From an uncultured Muribaculaceae bacterium (GTDB lineage: Bacteria; Bacillota_I; Bacilli_A; RF39; UBA660): 64,000 nt of DNA. The translations under genes and the position numbers were made by a program. This document shows positions 19,553-29,121 of the stretch, in pieces (the first letter of the stretch is position 1; each line of letters starts with the position of its first letter). The notes below the pieces were generated by a model. It searched no databases and had not been told where the DNA came from. It worked only from the letters and a program-made list of their open reading frames with translations. The stretch lies in contig CAZSRL010000002.1 of NCBI GenBank assembly GCA_964609615.1, positions 7,933 through 71,932 of the forward strand, read 5' to 3'.

Positions 19553-20698
19553 TTTATATATATACCCATCAACAGGTTTTAAATAATCTGAATTATTTGT
19601 TACTAATTCTAAGTTTTGATTCTTATAATCTACTTTATTTGAATTATATGAATCATAAAAGCCAAGTTCAGCTTTATATATTTCTCCTGTGTCTGTATCT
19701 ATTACTCTATCATATCCTAGTGTTGCATCACTGTTTTTTTGAGAAATAACGTCATATGTTGTTTGCCTTTCGCTCCATGCATTATTGTATGATTCATATG
19801 CCGCACTCATTTGTTTCATATTATTTAATATTGATTGTGTTTCAGCATTGTTTTGTTGTATTCCTTGTTGTACATATGAATCACTTAGTTTTAAACTTGA
19901 CAGAGCTTTTGCTAAATCCTTTTCTAAATATAAAAATTCATTCTCCGGAGCAAATATACCCATTACAGAATATGCCATCATAGGAACTGTATCAGCTCCC
20001 GATACATTATAAGACCCGGGTATCATAATACTTGCAGCAAATAATCCTTCATTAGTGGTTGTTCCACTACTTGTAAAATGCGCTCTTACCATTCCTTCGT
20101 TCGCAGCTGCAGATGATAACAGTGATTTATAGGGCAATTCTTCAATTATTTTAAAATTGTTTAATGCTGTAAAATTATATTCTTTTCCATATACACTAGC
20201 ATATTGTCTAATTTGAGGCCAAATAGTAAATAGTTGTTTTGCTGTAGCTGGATTTAATACTGGAGCATCTCCAAAATATTCATAGCCCATACCTGTTGTA
20301 ACTTTGGCAAACCCCGACATTAAATTCTTTGCTTTTTGACTCTTCATAAATGGCTCTAATTTTCCATAATAGAATATTTGATAATTTGGATTTACAGGAT
20401 CATATGCTTTAAAACCAAATGTTTCATATTTTCCAACAGTATCTATTTTCCATCCTTTAGGTAATGTCATTGTGAAATAACCCCCGTTATATTCCTCAAG
20501 TGTTAAACCAGGTTTCTCAGATTTTTTTATTGCTATTTCTTGCTTATTATTAAATAAATTGTGAGTTTTTGTATTAGTTTTCCCATCTTTCCCACATACT
20601 GTAAATAATGCCACTAGTAAAATAACAATAGCGGTAATTGATATTATTGCTATACTTTTTCCCTTTGAAGTTTTAATCCATAATTTTATTTTATTCAT
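19550..20698 (-). CDS. hypothetical lipoprotein (about 380 aa)
   Basis: Start placed at internal MNKIKLW; signal peptide plus lipobox-like LFTVC; no recognised domain. Confidence 0.5.
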   Translation of the reverse strand: MNKIKLWIKTSKGKSIAIISITAIVILLVALFTVCGKDGKTNTKTHNLFNNKQEIAIKKSEKPGLTLEEYNGGYFTMTLPKGWKIDTVGKYETFGFKAYDPVNPNYQIFYYGKLEPFMKSQKAKNLMSGFAKVTTGMGYEYFGDAPVLNPATAKQLFTIWPQIRQYASVYGKEYNFTALNNFKIIEELPYKSLLSSAAANEGMVRAHFTSSGTTTNEGLFAASIMIPGSYNVSGADTVPMMAYSVMGIFAPENEFLYLEKDLAKALSSLKLSDSYVQQGIQQNNAETQSILNNMKQMSAAYESYNNAWSERQTTYDVISQKNSDATLGYDRVIDTDTGEIYKAELGFYDSYNSNKVDYKNQNLELVTNNSDYLKPVDGYIYK

Positions 20699-21191
20699 TA
20701 TAATTATCTCCTTTATAATCAATTTCAATTTCTGATAAGTTTTCATTTCCTTTTATATAATATTGTCCATCATTTTCAGGTATTTTATTATCTTGAAATG
20801 AAAATGAAACACTATCTTCATCATTTGTAAATAAGTATGTTATTGTTGTTTGGGTTGAAGAAATATTATTCTTTCTCCCTGTTAACCTAATCTTAGACAA
20901 AGCATCAAATGTATCATTAATTGTTTTTTTATCATTTATTATTTTAGGTTCCTCTCCATAAGTACAATGATTTATGTAAATAGTAAGTTTTGGAGGATCA
21001 TTTTTATCATATTTGTTAGCCCAATTAACAACATTTTTCCCTTTGAATTCAAACAATGTTATGTTTTTTACATGAAAATCATACATTTTTGGTTTGTTAA
21101 GAACTATAATATAAATATAAAGAATAAAACCTATTATAATCGCCATAGCAACACTTACAACAATTAAATTAAAATATTTCTTGTCTTTCAC
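20691..21191 (-). CDS. hypothetical N-terminally anchored membrane protein (166 aa)
   Basis: One TM helix then a soluble domain; 8-nt overlap with the downstream lipoprotein gene. Confidence 0.5.
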   Translation of the reverse strand: MKDKKYFNLIVVSVAMAIIIGFILYIYIIVLNKPKMYDFHVKNITLFEFKGKNVVNWANKYDKNDPPKLTIYINHCTYGEEPKIINDKKTINDTFDALSKIRLTGRKNNISSTQTTITYLFTNDEDSVSFSFQDNKIPENDGQYYIKGNENLSEIEIDYKGDNYNE

Positions 21192-21251
21192 TATTAACTC
21201 CTTATTTTACAATTTAATAATAACAAATTTTAATTATTAAAACAACAAATA

Positions 21252-21980
21252 TTAATAAAAAACTTTGTTCAAATATAAACCTTCACTTGGAGCAGTAACT
21301 CCAAGGTTACTTCTTTTTCCACTTTTTAATATTTTTTGAACTTCTTCTATTTTAATCTTTTCCTCATTAATTCCTATATATAAACCTATTATATTCCTAA
21401 CCATATATCTTAAAAAACCAGATGCTGTTATATAAATATAAACATAATTTTTATCTTTTTTTATTTTAATATCATATATTGTTCTAATATAATTATCTTT
21501 TATATTTTTCTCAGGTGTAAATGTTTTAAAATCATGAGTCCCCTTTAATAATTTATTTATTTGTTTTAATTTTTTTATATTTAACTTTTTACAATATTGA
21601 TAAACATAGTCTTTTTCAATAGGATTGTAAGTTCCAATATTTATTTTATATAAATATTGTTTCATTTTAACACTATATCTTGCATGAAAACTAGGTTCCA
21701 CTTCTTCTATTTTATATATGTATATTTCTCTATTTAAACTTGTATTTAAATAAAATTTTAACTTATTAAGCTCAACAGGTTCTGAAATATCAAAATGAAT
21801 ACATTGATTATAAGCATGAACTCCTTTATCAGTTCTTCCGCTTCCTACTGTTCTAATCTCTTTATTAAATCTTTTTTTTAAAGCCTCTTCTATTTTACCT
21901 TGAACAGTTTTTTTTCCTTTTTGTTTTGCATAACCATTATATTTACTACCATCATAGGAAAGGTATAAAAGACATCTCAT
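21252..21980 (-). CDS. truA: tRNA pseudouridine(38-40) synthase TruA
   Basis: YDGSKYNGYAKQ...GSGRTDKGVHA (catalytic Asp); AGGAGG RBS before ATG at 21980. Confidence 0.9.
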   Translation of the reverse strand: MRCLLYLSYDGSKYNGYAKQKGKKTVQGKIEEALKKRFNKEIRTVGSGRTDKGVHAYNQCIHFDISEPVELNKLKFYLNTSLNREIYIYKIEEVEPSFHARYSVKMKQYLYKINIGTYNPIEKDYVYQYCKKLNIKKLKQINKLLKGTHDFKTFTPEKNIKDNYIRTIYDIKIKKDKNYVYIYITASGFLRYMVRNIIGLYIGINEEKIKIEEVQKILKSGKRSNLGVTAPSEGLYLNKVFY

Positions 21981-22725
21981 AATATATTTCCTCCTCATAT
22001 ATAATTAATAAAAACATAGATAAATGAATTATGACAAATATAAAATCTACACTTTCTATTCCTTTATATTTTAACTTAGCTTTTTTTTCATCATTATAAA
22101 GCATAAACTTTTTCATTGTTTTTTGTTTATTTAACTTTCGTTGCGTTAATTCTAATCCTTTGGTAAACATATTACAATATGCTTTTAATTTAGTTTTCAA
22201 ATCTACACAAGTTATATCCACACCCCTACTTTTTTCTTTATTAACTACATTTTTTGATGAAATTACTAATTCAGGCAAAAATGATATGAAATCCACCAAT
22301 TTATCAGCCAATTTATTATAATTAATTTTTATTTTTCCAAGAGGTTTAAACAGTATTACAAAACACTTTTTTAATTCAATTGGTGAACTACTACTATAAA
22401 TAAAATAACCATAAATAAACACAATTTGAAAACTTAATATCAAATAAATAGTTAAATAAATATTTATAGTTAATAAACAAGCAATAACTAATAAAATATT
22501 TATAAACCATAAATCTTTAATGTATTTAAATATGTTTTTCAAATGGAATCCTGATGCTCTTATAAGAATTAAGAGAATAATAAAATAAAAACCTAAAAAT
22601 AATAAATTATGATTTAGTATTATAAAAGCTAGACTTAACAAAAAAGAAAAAATCTTAGTAAATAAATTTAATCTAAATATTTTAGGATTAATACAATTAG
22701 AACAATATAAATTATTAACGTGCAT
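21952..22725 (-). CDS. ecfT: ECF transporter transmembrane component EcfT
   Basis: Polytopic CbiQ-like protein in conserved ecfA-ecfA-ecfT-truA context. Confidence 0.65.
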   Translation of the reverse strand: MHVNNLYCSNCINPKIFRLNLFTKIFSFLLSLAFIILNHNLLFLGFYFIILLILIRASGFHLKNIFKYIKDLWFINILLVIACLLTINIYLTIYLILSFQIVFIYGYFIYSSSSPIELKKCFVILFKPLGKIKINYNKLADKLVDFISFLPELVISSKNVVNKEKSRGVDITCVDLKTKLKAYCNMFTKGLELTQRKLNKQKTMKKFMLYNDEKKAKLKYKGIESVDFIFVIIHLSMFLLIIYEEEIYYEMSFIPFL

Positions 22726-23554
22726 TTCTATATACCTCCTTTGCTAAATCTTTTACATTATCAAAGTATTTGAATTTTTTATCAATTAATCTCACTTCAT
22801 TAACAAAAGAAACTATTTTAGGTACACTTAAACCAAGACTTTTTAATAATACTTCATCATGCATTATAGTTTTCTTACCTTCTTTTACAATTTTTCCGTT
22901 ATTAAGCAAATAAATGTAGTTAGCAAAAGAATAAATAAAATCAGTATCTTTAGTTGTTATTATTACTATTTTGTTATATTTGTTTTTAAGTATATTTAAT
23001 AGCCTTATTAAATCATTTTTTTCTTTGTTATTAAGTCCAATTGTTGGTTCATCTAATATAATAATCTTAGGATTAAATGTTAATACTGATGCAAGAGCAA
23101 CTTTTCTAGCATCAGCTAAATTAAGAATATTTAATTTTTTTGTTAAATAACTATCATTTAATCCAACAAGTTTTAAAGAATCTAGTATTCTTTTGTTTTT
23201 TGATTTGTATTTATATTTAAAATATTTTAATCCAAATGATAATTCATCTTTAACCTTGTTTGAAACAAACATCTCCCTAGGATTAGAAAAAACGTAACCA
23301 ACGTTAAATCTTAAATTATTATAGTTTTTTTTCAAAGTTTTACTATAATAATTTCCTACTTTTACTAGACCAAAATCAGGTTTTTCTAAAAAATTAATCA
23401 ATTCACATATTTCAGTTTTTCCACTGCCTGACTTTCCTACAAACCCATATATTCCTTTTTCCTTAACGTTAAAACTAACGTGATCTAATAAAATCTTTTT
23501 TTTAAAACATGACTGGTTTTTCAATAAACTTACTTTGTTAAACTTTATTTCCAT
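22715..23554 (-). CDS. ecfA2: ECF transporter ATPase EcfA2 (signature motif degenerate)
   Basis: Walker A GKSGSGKT, Walker B IIILDEPT; signature replaced by LNLADARKVAL. Confidence 0.7.
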   Translation of the reverse strand: MEIKFNKVSLLKNQSCFKKKILLDHVSFNVKEKGIYGFVGKSGSGKTEICELINFLEKPDFGLVKVGNYYSKTLKKNYNNLRFNVGYVFSNPREMFVSNKVKDELSFGLKYFKYKYKSKNKRILDSLKLVGLNDSYLTKKLNILNLADARKVALASVLTFNPKIIILDEPTIGLNNKEKNDLIRLLNILKNKYNKIVIITTKDTDFIYSFANYIYLLNNGKIVKEGKKTIMHDEVLLKSLGLSVPKIVSFVNEVRLIDKKFKYFDNVKDLAKEVYRNAR

Positions 23555-24351
23555 AGTTTACTCACCAGCCTTTTATTACTACAATAATACTTCTCTAATA
23601 AATTATAATCCATTAAGATTTTGCATAATTCAATACTAAATGGCAATCCAAAACCAAGTTTTTTTAATAACCTATCTTCATTTAATACACTTAGAGTGTT
23701 TCCTTCTGCGATTATGTATTCATAATCAGTAAGTATTATATTATTTCCATATAAACACTCTTCAACATTATTAGTAAAATTAATAATACAATTATCTTCA
23801 CGAGAATATTTTTTTAATATTCGTATTATAAAATTTTTGTCATTATAATCTAAATGTTCTAAAACATTGTCTAATACAAGTACTTTTGGTTTAGTTAATA
23901 AAGCACATAGTATTTTTACTTTGACTTTATCGGTATTTCCAATACTAGTTGGATTACATTTTAAGATATCACGTATTTTATATTTAAATGATAATTCAGA
24001 TAGTTTTTCAATTATTTTAATATTACTCATCCCTAGGTTTTCAAGAACAAATGAAATTTCTTCCTCTACAGTTGGACATATAAAAATATTTAAATTTTCA
24101 TTTAATACAACATTTATTCTTTTAGCAATTTTAAGCGTTTCTATTCCTTTAAAAGACATATAATTAATTTTAATATAATCATTTTTTTCTAAATTATATA
24201 TATTATTAATAATTCTTTTATTTCCTTTACCCATTATAGTAGTAAAGTCTTTTTCGTTTACTATAAAATTAAATTTTTCGTTCTCATAATATTTAAATAA
24301 TGACATAAAACCCACCACGTTTATATTATACAACAAACAACAAAAAAACAA
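23545..24351 (-). CDS. ecfA1: ECF transporter ATPase paralog EcfA1, catalytically degenerate
   Basis: ABC fold but Walker A is IMGKGNKR, Walker B VLVLDN (Glu to Asn), signature SIGNTDK. Confidence 0.6.
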   Translation of the reverse strand: MFFCCLLYNINVVGFMSLFKYYENEKFNFIVNEKDFTTIMGKGNKRIINNIYNLEKNDYIKINYMSFKGIETLKIAKRINVVLNENLNIFICPTVEEEISFVLENLGMSNIKIIEKLSELSFKYKIRDILKCNPTSIGNTDKVKVKILCALLTKPKVLVLDNVLEHLDYNDKNFIIRILKKYSREDNCIINFTNNVEECLYGNNIILTDYEYIIAEGNTLSVLNEDRLLKKLGFGLPFSIELCKILMDYNLLEKYYCSNKRLVSKLWK

Positions 24352-24381
24352 AAGAAAATGGATAACTTTCCATTTTTTAAA

Positions 24382-24945
24382 CTATCTTATTATTTCTACT
24401 TCATCTCCTGTTGATAACCCAAGTGCGTTACTTTCATCCGTATCTAAATGTGCTTCAAACGTATATTTTTCATCTACTTTAATATTTGTATTATTAAGTA
24501 TTCCTCCTCTTTGAGTATATATTTTTAAAGATACTATTTCTTTGTCTTTTAAGTTAAGCTTTTTGCTAGTTTCTAAGTCAACATGAATATGTCTTTTAGC
24601 AATAATGCATGATTCCTTTATATTAATTTCTCTTTCACCGTTTATTAGAGTTATATCTTCAGAACCTTTTAAATCTCCGCTATCTCTTACAGGAGGATTT
24701 ATGCCAAGTTTTACTGCATCTGTTTTTGAAATCTCTACTTGATTATGTTTCCTAAGTGGTCCAAGTATTCTAACGTTTTCTATCATATTAGTTTGCGTTT
24801 TAATAGTTAATGTTTCACTGCAAGTATATTGTCCTTTTTGAGATAAATTTTCTTTTTTTGTAAGAGGCTTATCACCAAATAAAATAATTTTTGTATCTAA
24901 ATCTAAATGTACATGTCTTGCTGAGACAGCTATCTTTGTTTTCAT
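24382..24945 (-). CDS. pduL: phosphate propanoyltransferase PduL-like
   Basis: Duplicated motifs SARHVHL and AKRHIHV typical of PduL/EutD-type. Confidence 0.7.
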   Translation of the reverse strand: MKTKIAVSARHVHLDLDTKIILFGDKPLTKKENLSQKGQYTCSETLTIKTQTNMIENVRILGPLRKHNQVEISKTDAVKLGINPPVRDSGDLKGSEDITLINGEREINIKESCIIAKRHIHVDLETSKKLNLKDKEIVSLKIYTQRGGILNNTNIKVDEKYTFEAHLDTDESNALGLSTGDEVEIIR

Positions 24946-25028
24946 ATTTCACATCCTTAATATATTAATTATAATATATTTTTCATTTATTTTAAAGACT
25001 TTCATAATAATTAAATAGGAGGGTAATA

Positions 25029-25364
25029 ATGAATGGAAGTTTTTATAATAATGCAATGTATAATCAAGGTGTAAGTAATAATTATGAAAGCACAAAAATA
25101 CCAGTAGAAACAGTTAATGATTTACCAATGGAACAAAGTTATATAGAAAACATATTAAGATTAAATAAAGGTAAAAAAATTACTGCTTATGTTTCTTTTC
25201 CAGACAGTGTTGAATGGAAAGATAAAAAATTTAATGGAATTGTAGAACAAGCCGGAAGAGATCATTTAATAATTAGTGATCCTAATACAGGAAAATGGTT
25301 TTTGATTTTAATGATTTATTTAGACTATGTAGAATTTGATGAAAGAATTAATTATAGGGTTTAA
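25029..25364 (+). CDS. gerQ: spore coat protein GerQ-like
   Basis: EQSYIENILRLNKGK...GRDHLIISDP.TGKWFL..M.YLDYVEFDE pattern. Confidence 0.5.
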   Translation: MNGSFYNNAMYNQGVSNNYESTKIPVETVNDLPMEQSYIENILRLNKGKKITAYVSFPDSVEWKDKKFNGIVEQAGRDHLIISDPNTGKWFLILMIYLDYVEFDERINYRV

Positions 25365-25411
25365 ATAAATACAAATATTTGTTATAATTAATAACAGAAA
25401 GTAGTGATTAT

Positions 25412-25960
25412 ATGCCAATAGTATTTTCAATTTTAATAATTATTGTTGTTATATTATGCTCTGTAGGAATAGTTTTTATAAATTGTTATAATAAAATTAA
25501 CAAAGCATTATTAAAACTAAATAATGCGGAAATAAATATTGATGAAGAATTAAGAAATGTTTATGATTTATTGATTAAGGCTATTAATATTATTGAAAAA
25601 AACAACAAAAACGATATAAAGTGTTTTAATGAACTTAAAAAAATTAAAAGTGATGAACATTCAAACTTTGAAATAAATAGAATCCTTATTAATAACTATA
25701 ATGAAATTATAAAAATAAATGAGGATGATGCTAAACTTAATAATAATAAAATTTTTAAAGGCATATTAAATAAATTAAATGACTTAGATGAAAAACTAAT
25801 TGGTCTTAGAACATATTATAATAAATATACGTATCAATATAATATTTTACTTAAAACCTTTCCATCAAACATAATTGGTTTTTTAGGAGGATACAGAGTT
25901 AAAAATCAATATGATGGCAAAGATTTAAATGATGATTATATAAAAGATTTTAAAATATAA
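25412..25960 (+). CDS. lemA: LemA family protein
   Basis: N-terminal TM; ...YNKYTYQYNILLKTFPSNIIGFLGGY... LemA core. Confidence 0.7.
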   Translation: MPIVFSILIIIVVILCSVGIVFINCYNKINKALLKLNNAEINIDEELRNVYDLLIKAINIIEKNNKNDIKCFNELKKIKSDEHSNFEINRILINNYNEIIKINEDDAKLNNNKIFKGILNKLNDLDEKLIGLRTYYNKYTYQYNILLKTFPSNIIGFLGGYRVKNQYDGKDLNDDYIKDFKI

Positions 25961-25993
25961 AAGGATTAAATCCTTTTATATTTTTTTAAATCA

Positions 25994-26656
25994 TTAATTT
26001 AAATTCCAATCTATTTCTTTCAAACCATTTGCTTTCAAATAATTATTAGTTTTAGAGAATGGTTTTGAACCAAAAAATCCATTATGAGCACTAAAAGGAG
26101 AAGGATGAGTACTCTCAATTATCAAGTGTTTCTTATTAGTTATATATTGTTTTTTGCTTCTAGCAAAATTCCCCCATAAAATAAATACTAAAGGGTCTTT
26201 TTTATTATTCAATTGTTTAATAATAAAATCTGTTAGTCTTTGCCAACCAATTTCCTTATGAGAAGCAGCTTTATCCTTTTCAACAGTTAATACACTATTT
26301 AAAAGAAGAACTCCTTCTTCTGTCCACTTTGTTAAATCTCCATTATTTGGTATATCAATATTTAAGTCATTATTTAACTCTTTAAAAATGTTTTGTAAAC
26401 TTGGGGGTATTTTAACACCCTTTTTAACAGAAAATGATAACCCATGCGCTTCTCCTTCACCATGATAAGGGTCTTGTCCCACAATAACAACTTTTACATC
26501 CTTAAATGCAGTATTTTTTAATGAATTAAAAATTTCTTCATATTTAGGATATATTGTTTTTTTATTATATTCTTTTTTTATAACATTCATAAAAGTTTTA
26601 AATCCTTCGCTTTTAAATACATTATTTAAAATTTCATCCCAATCATTACCTATCAT
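25994..26656 (-). CDS. ung: uracil-DNA glycosylase
   Basis: GQDPYHGEGEAHGLSFSV and HPSPFSA motifs. Confidence 0.9.
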   Translation of the reverse strand: MIGNDWDEILNNVFKSEGFKTFMNVIKKEYNKKTIYPKYEEIFNSLKNTAFKDVKVVIVGQDPYHGEGEAHGLSFSVKKGVKIPPSLQNIFKELNNDLNIDIPNNGDLTKWTEEGVLLLNSVLTVEKDKAASHKEIGWQRLTDFIIKQLNNKKDPLVFILWGNFARSKKQYITNKKHLIIESTHPSPFSAHNGFFGSKPFSKTNNYLKANGLKEIDWNLN

Positions 26657-27887
26657 AATTTACTTTTCTCCTTAATAAAGTTATACATATTATATTTATT
26701 ATTATTAAAATAAACATCATTGAGTCAATTATGTACCAAATTATTTTTGGTTTTAATATAACTCCACTTAATGTAAATAATAACACATTTATTCTAAATA
26801 TTAAAATTATTATTTTATTTTTTGTTAAATACATTAAGTTTGTTAACCCATAATAAAAACCACTTATTATAGTAGTAAATGCAAACATAGCTAATAATAT
26901 AGTTAGTATTAATCTTCCTACATTATTAAAATGAAAAACAAAAACTTTTGAAATTAAAGAAATATAATTTAAAGTTTCGGTATTATTATCTATTTTAAAG
27001 ATTATTATTAGAAAAGCTACTAATGTGCATATAACAAAAGAAATAAACAAATTTGCAATAACAGATGTTCCTGCTATAATATGTGAATTTCCATTTTTAA
27101 CTGCAGAGGCAATAGAAGTGGGCCCTATCAAAAGTTTATTTTGAAAGATGTTTCTCTTTACAGAAATTAAAATCGTTGGTATAAGGCCTCCAAATACACT
27201 TTTAAAGTTAAATGCATCATGTATTATTAAATATAATACATGATCAAGACTATTTATATTTTTGATTATAGCAATGAAAGAAATAATTATTAAAAATATA
27301 GACATAAAAGGAACAATTTTATTTATATACTTTATTATTTCTTTTGGAGTGGATATAACTATTAAAAATAATATTATAAATATACTTAAAAATAAAACAA
27401 TTTTATTAACATTTAAATTTTCACTAAAAACTAAATCTATTGTATTTGTTTGAATCATTAAAAAAAAGAATGTATATGTTATTATTAGAATAATTAAATA
27501 GAAATTTGCTAATTTTGTATTTTTTAAACCATATTTTATATAAAAATTTGGCCCACTAACATAACCATCTGCTAATTCTTTTTTATATTTATTACCAAGT
27601 AAGCTTTCAACATACACTATTGAGGTTGTAATAAGACCAAATATCCATATCCAAAATATAGAGCCTATTCCACCTGTATATATTGCAATAGTTGTTCCAA
27701 TAATAGAACCTACTCCTACTTTTGTTGCTATTGAAATATAAAAAATAGACTTATAGTCATTTTTTATATTTTTTATCATTTTAATAAAATTGTAATTTTT
27801 AAATTTTAATTTAAAACTAAAATATAAACTTAATACTATTATAAACCCTATTAATAAAACCCAAACATAATCAAGCAATATTATCAC
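26646..27887 (-). CDS. sodium:alanine symporter (AGCS) family transporter
   Basis: Polytopic protein with IFWIWIFGLITT and GPNFYIKYGL motifs. Confidence 0.5.
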   Translation of the reverse strand: MIILLDYVWVLLIGFIIVLSLYFSFKLKFKNYNFIKMIKNIKNDYKSIFYISIATKVGVGSIIGTTIAIYTGGIGSIFWIWIFGLITTSIVYVESLLGNKYKKELADGYVSGPNFYIKYGLKNTKLANFYLIILIITYTFFFLMIQTNTIDLVFSENLNVNKIVLFLSIFIILFLIVISTPKEIIKYINKIVPFMSIFLIIISFIAIIKNINSLDHVLYLIIHDAFNFKSVFGGLIPTILISVKRNIFQNKLLIGPTSIASAVKNGNSHIIAGTSVIANLFISFVICTLVAFLIIIFKIDNNTETLNYISLISKVFVFHFNNVGRLILTILLAMFAFTTIISGFYYGLTNLMYLTKNKIIILIFRINVLLFTLSGVILKPKIIWYIIDSMMFILIIINIICITLLRRKVNYDR

Positions 27888-27935
27888 CTATTGAAGTATA
27901 TAAAAAAACTAATTTATTATTAAATATATTAGTTT

Positions 27936-28373
27936 TTATTTATGATATTTTTCATTATTAATAATTTTAAATGATCTATATATTTGTTCAAGTAACACAG
28001 CTCTAAATAAACCATGAGGCATTGTGAAATCAGTAAACGACAATTTATAATCTCCAAATTCTTTTACTTCATCGCTTAACCCTTCACTTGAACCGATAAT
28101 AAAAGTAATGGTTCCATAACCATTAATAAATAAATCATTTATTTTATTTGCTAATTCAATACTATCAAGTTTATTTCCCTTTATATCTAAGATAATATTA
28201 TAATCATCTTTTTTTATATATTTTATTATTTTTTTGCTTTCTTCAAAAATATTAGAATCAGGAATTTCAATTAAAGTTATTTTATGATATTTATTGATTC
28301 TTTTTTTATAATCATTTACTAATTCTATTAAATATTTTTCTTTTAATTTTCCTACACAAATTATCTTAATCAT
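27936..28373 (-). CDS. rlmH: 23S rRNA (pseudouridine1915-N3)-methyltransferase RlmH
   Basis: SPOUT fold; ends ...LLEQIYRSFKIINNEKYHK. Confidence 0.85.
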   Translation of the reverse strand: MIKIICVGKLKEKYLIELVNDYKKRINKYHKITLIEIPDSNIFEESKKIIKYIKKDDYNIILDIKGNKLDSIELANKINDLFINGYGTITFIIGSSEGLSDEVKEFGDYKLSFTDFTMPHGLFRAVLLEQIYRSFKIINNEKYHK

Positions 28374-29121
28374 TTACTTTTACCAAACTTTCTTGTTTAG
28401 CACATACTACATTTTGAAATGAAATATTATTTTTTTTCATTACTTCATTAAATGTATCAATTGCTTTTGTTGGCGTGTTATTTTCTTCACTTAAATGCGC
28501 TAACACTATTTGTTTTGTTTTATTTCCTATAAGCATTGATAAATAAATTGCACTACTTCTATTAGATAAATGTCCAACAGGACTTAGTATCCTTCTTTGT
28601 AAATACTCTGGGTATTTTCCTTTTCTAAGCATTTCTTCATCATGATTACTTTCAAATATATAATACTCTCTATTTTTTAAATATTCAAAATATCTTTTAT
28701 TAACATATCCTGTATCTGTTAAATACACTAAACTTTCTATTTCTTCTATTACAAAGCCTTTTGTGTCAGTTGCATCATGAGATGCAGGAATTATTTTAAT
28801 ACTATATTCTTTTTTTTCTATGTCTTTCAAATCTTTTTTATTTGTGTATTTTTTTAAAAACACATTCTTTTGGCTGATTTTTTCACTCACATATACTAAA
28901 GTATTATTGTTCTTTAAAAAAGTTTCTAGTCCTTTAATATGATCAGAATGATCATGTGTTATTAGTATTAAATCAATTTGTTTTGGTTGAATACTAATCA
29001 TAGATAATTTTTCTTGCATTTTATTATACGAAAAACCAACATCAATTAATATATTGATTTCCTCCAATTGAATTAATGTTGAATTACCTTTAGAACCACT
29101 TCCAAGTACAGTCACCTTCAT
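28366..29121 (-). CDS. MBL-fold metallo-hydrolase (WalJ/YycJ-like)
   Basis: ITHDHSDHIKG metal-binding motif; adjacent to rlmH as in Bacillus yycJ-yyxA-rlmH. Confidence 0.8.
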   Translation of the reverse strand: MKVTVLGSGSKGNSTLIQLEEINILIDVGFSYNKMQEKLSMISIQPKQIDLILITHDHSDHIKGLETFLKNNNTLVYVSEKISQKNVFLKKYTNKKDLKDIEKKEYSIKIIPASHDATDTKGFVIEEIESLVYLTDTGYVNKRYFEYLKNREYYIFESNHDEEMLRKGKYPEYLQRRILSPVGHLSNRSSAIYLSMLIGNKTKQIVLAHLSEENNTPTKAIDTFNEVMKKNNISFQNVVCAKQESLVKVND

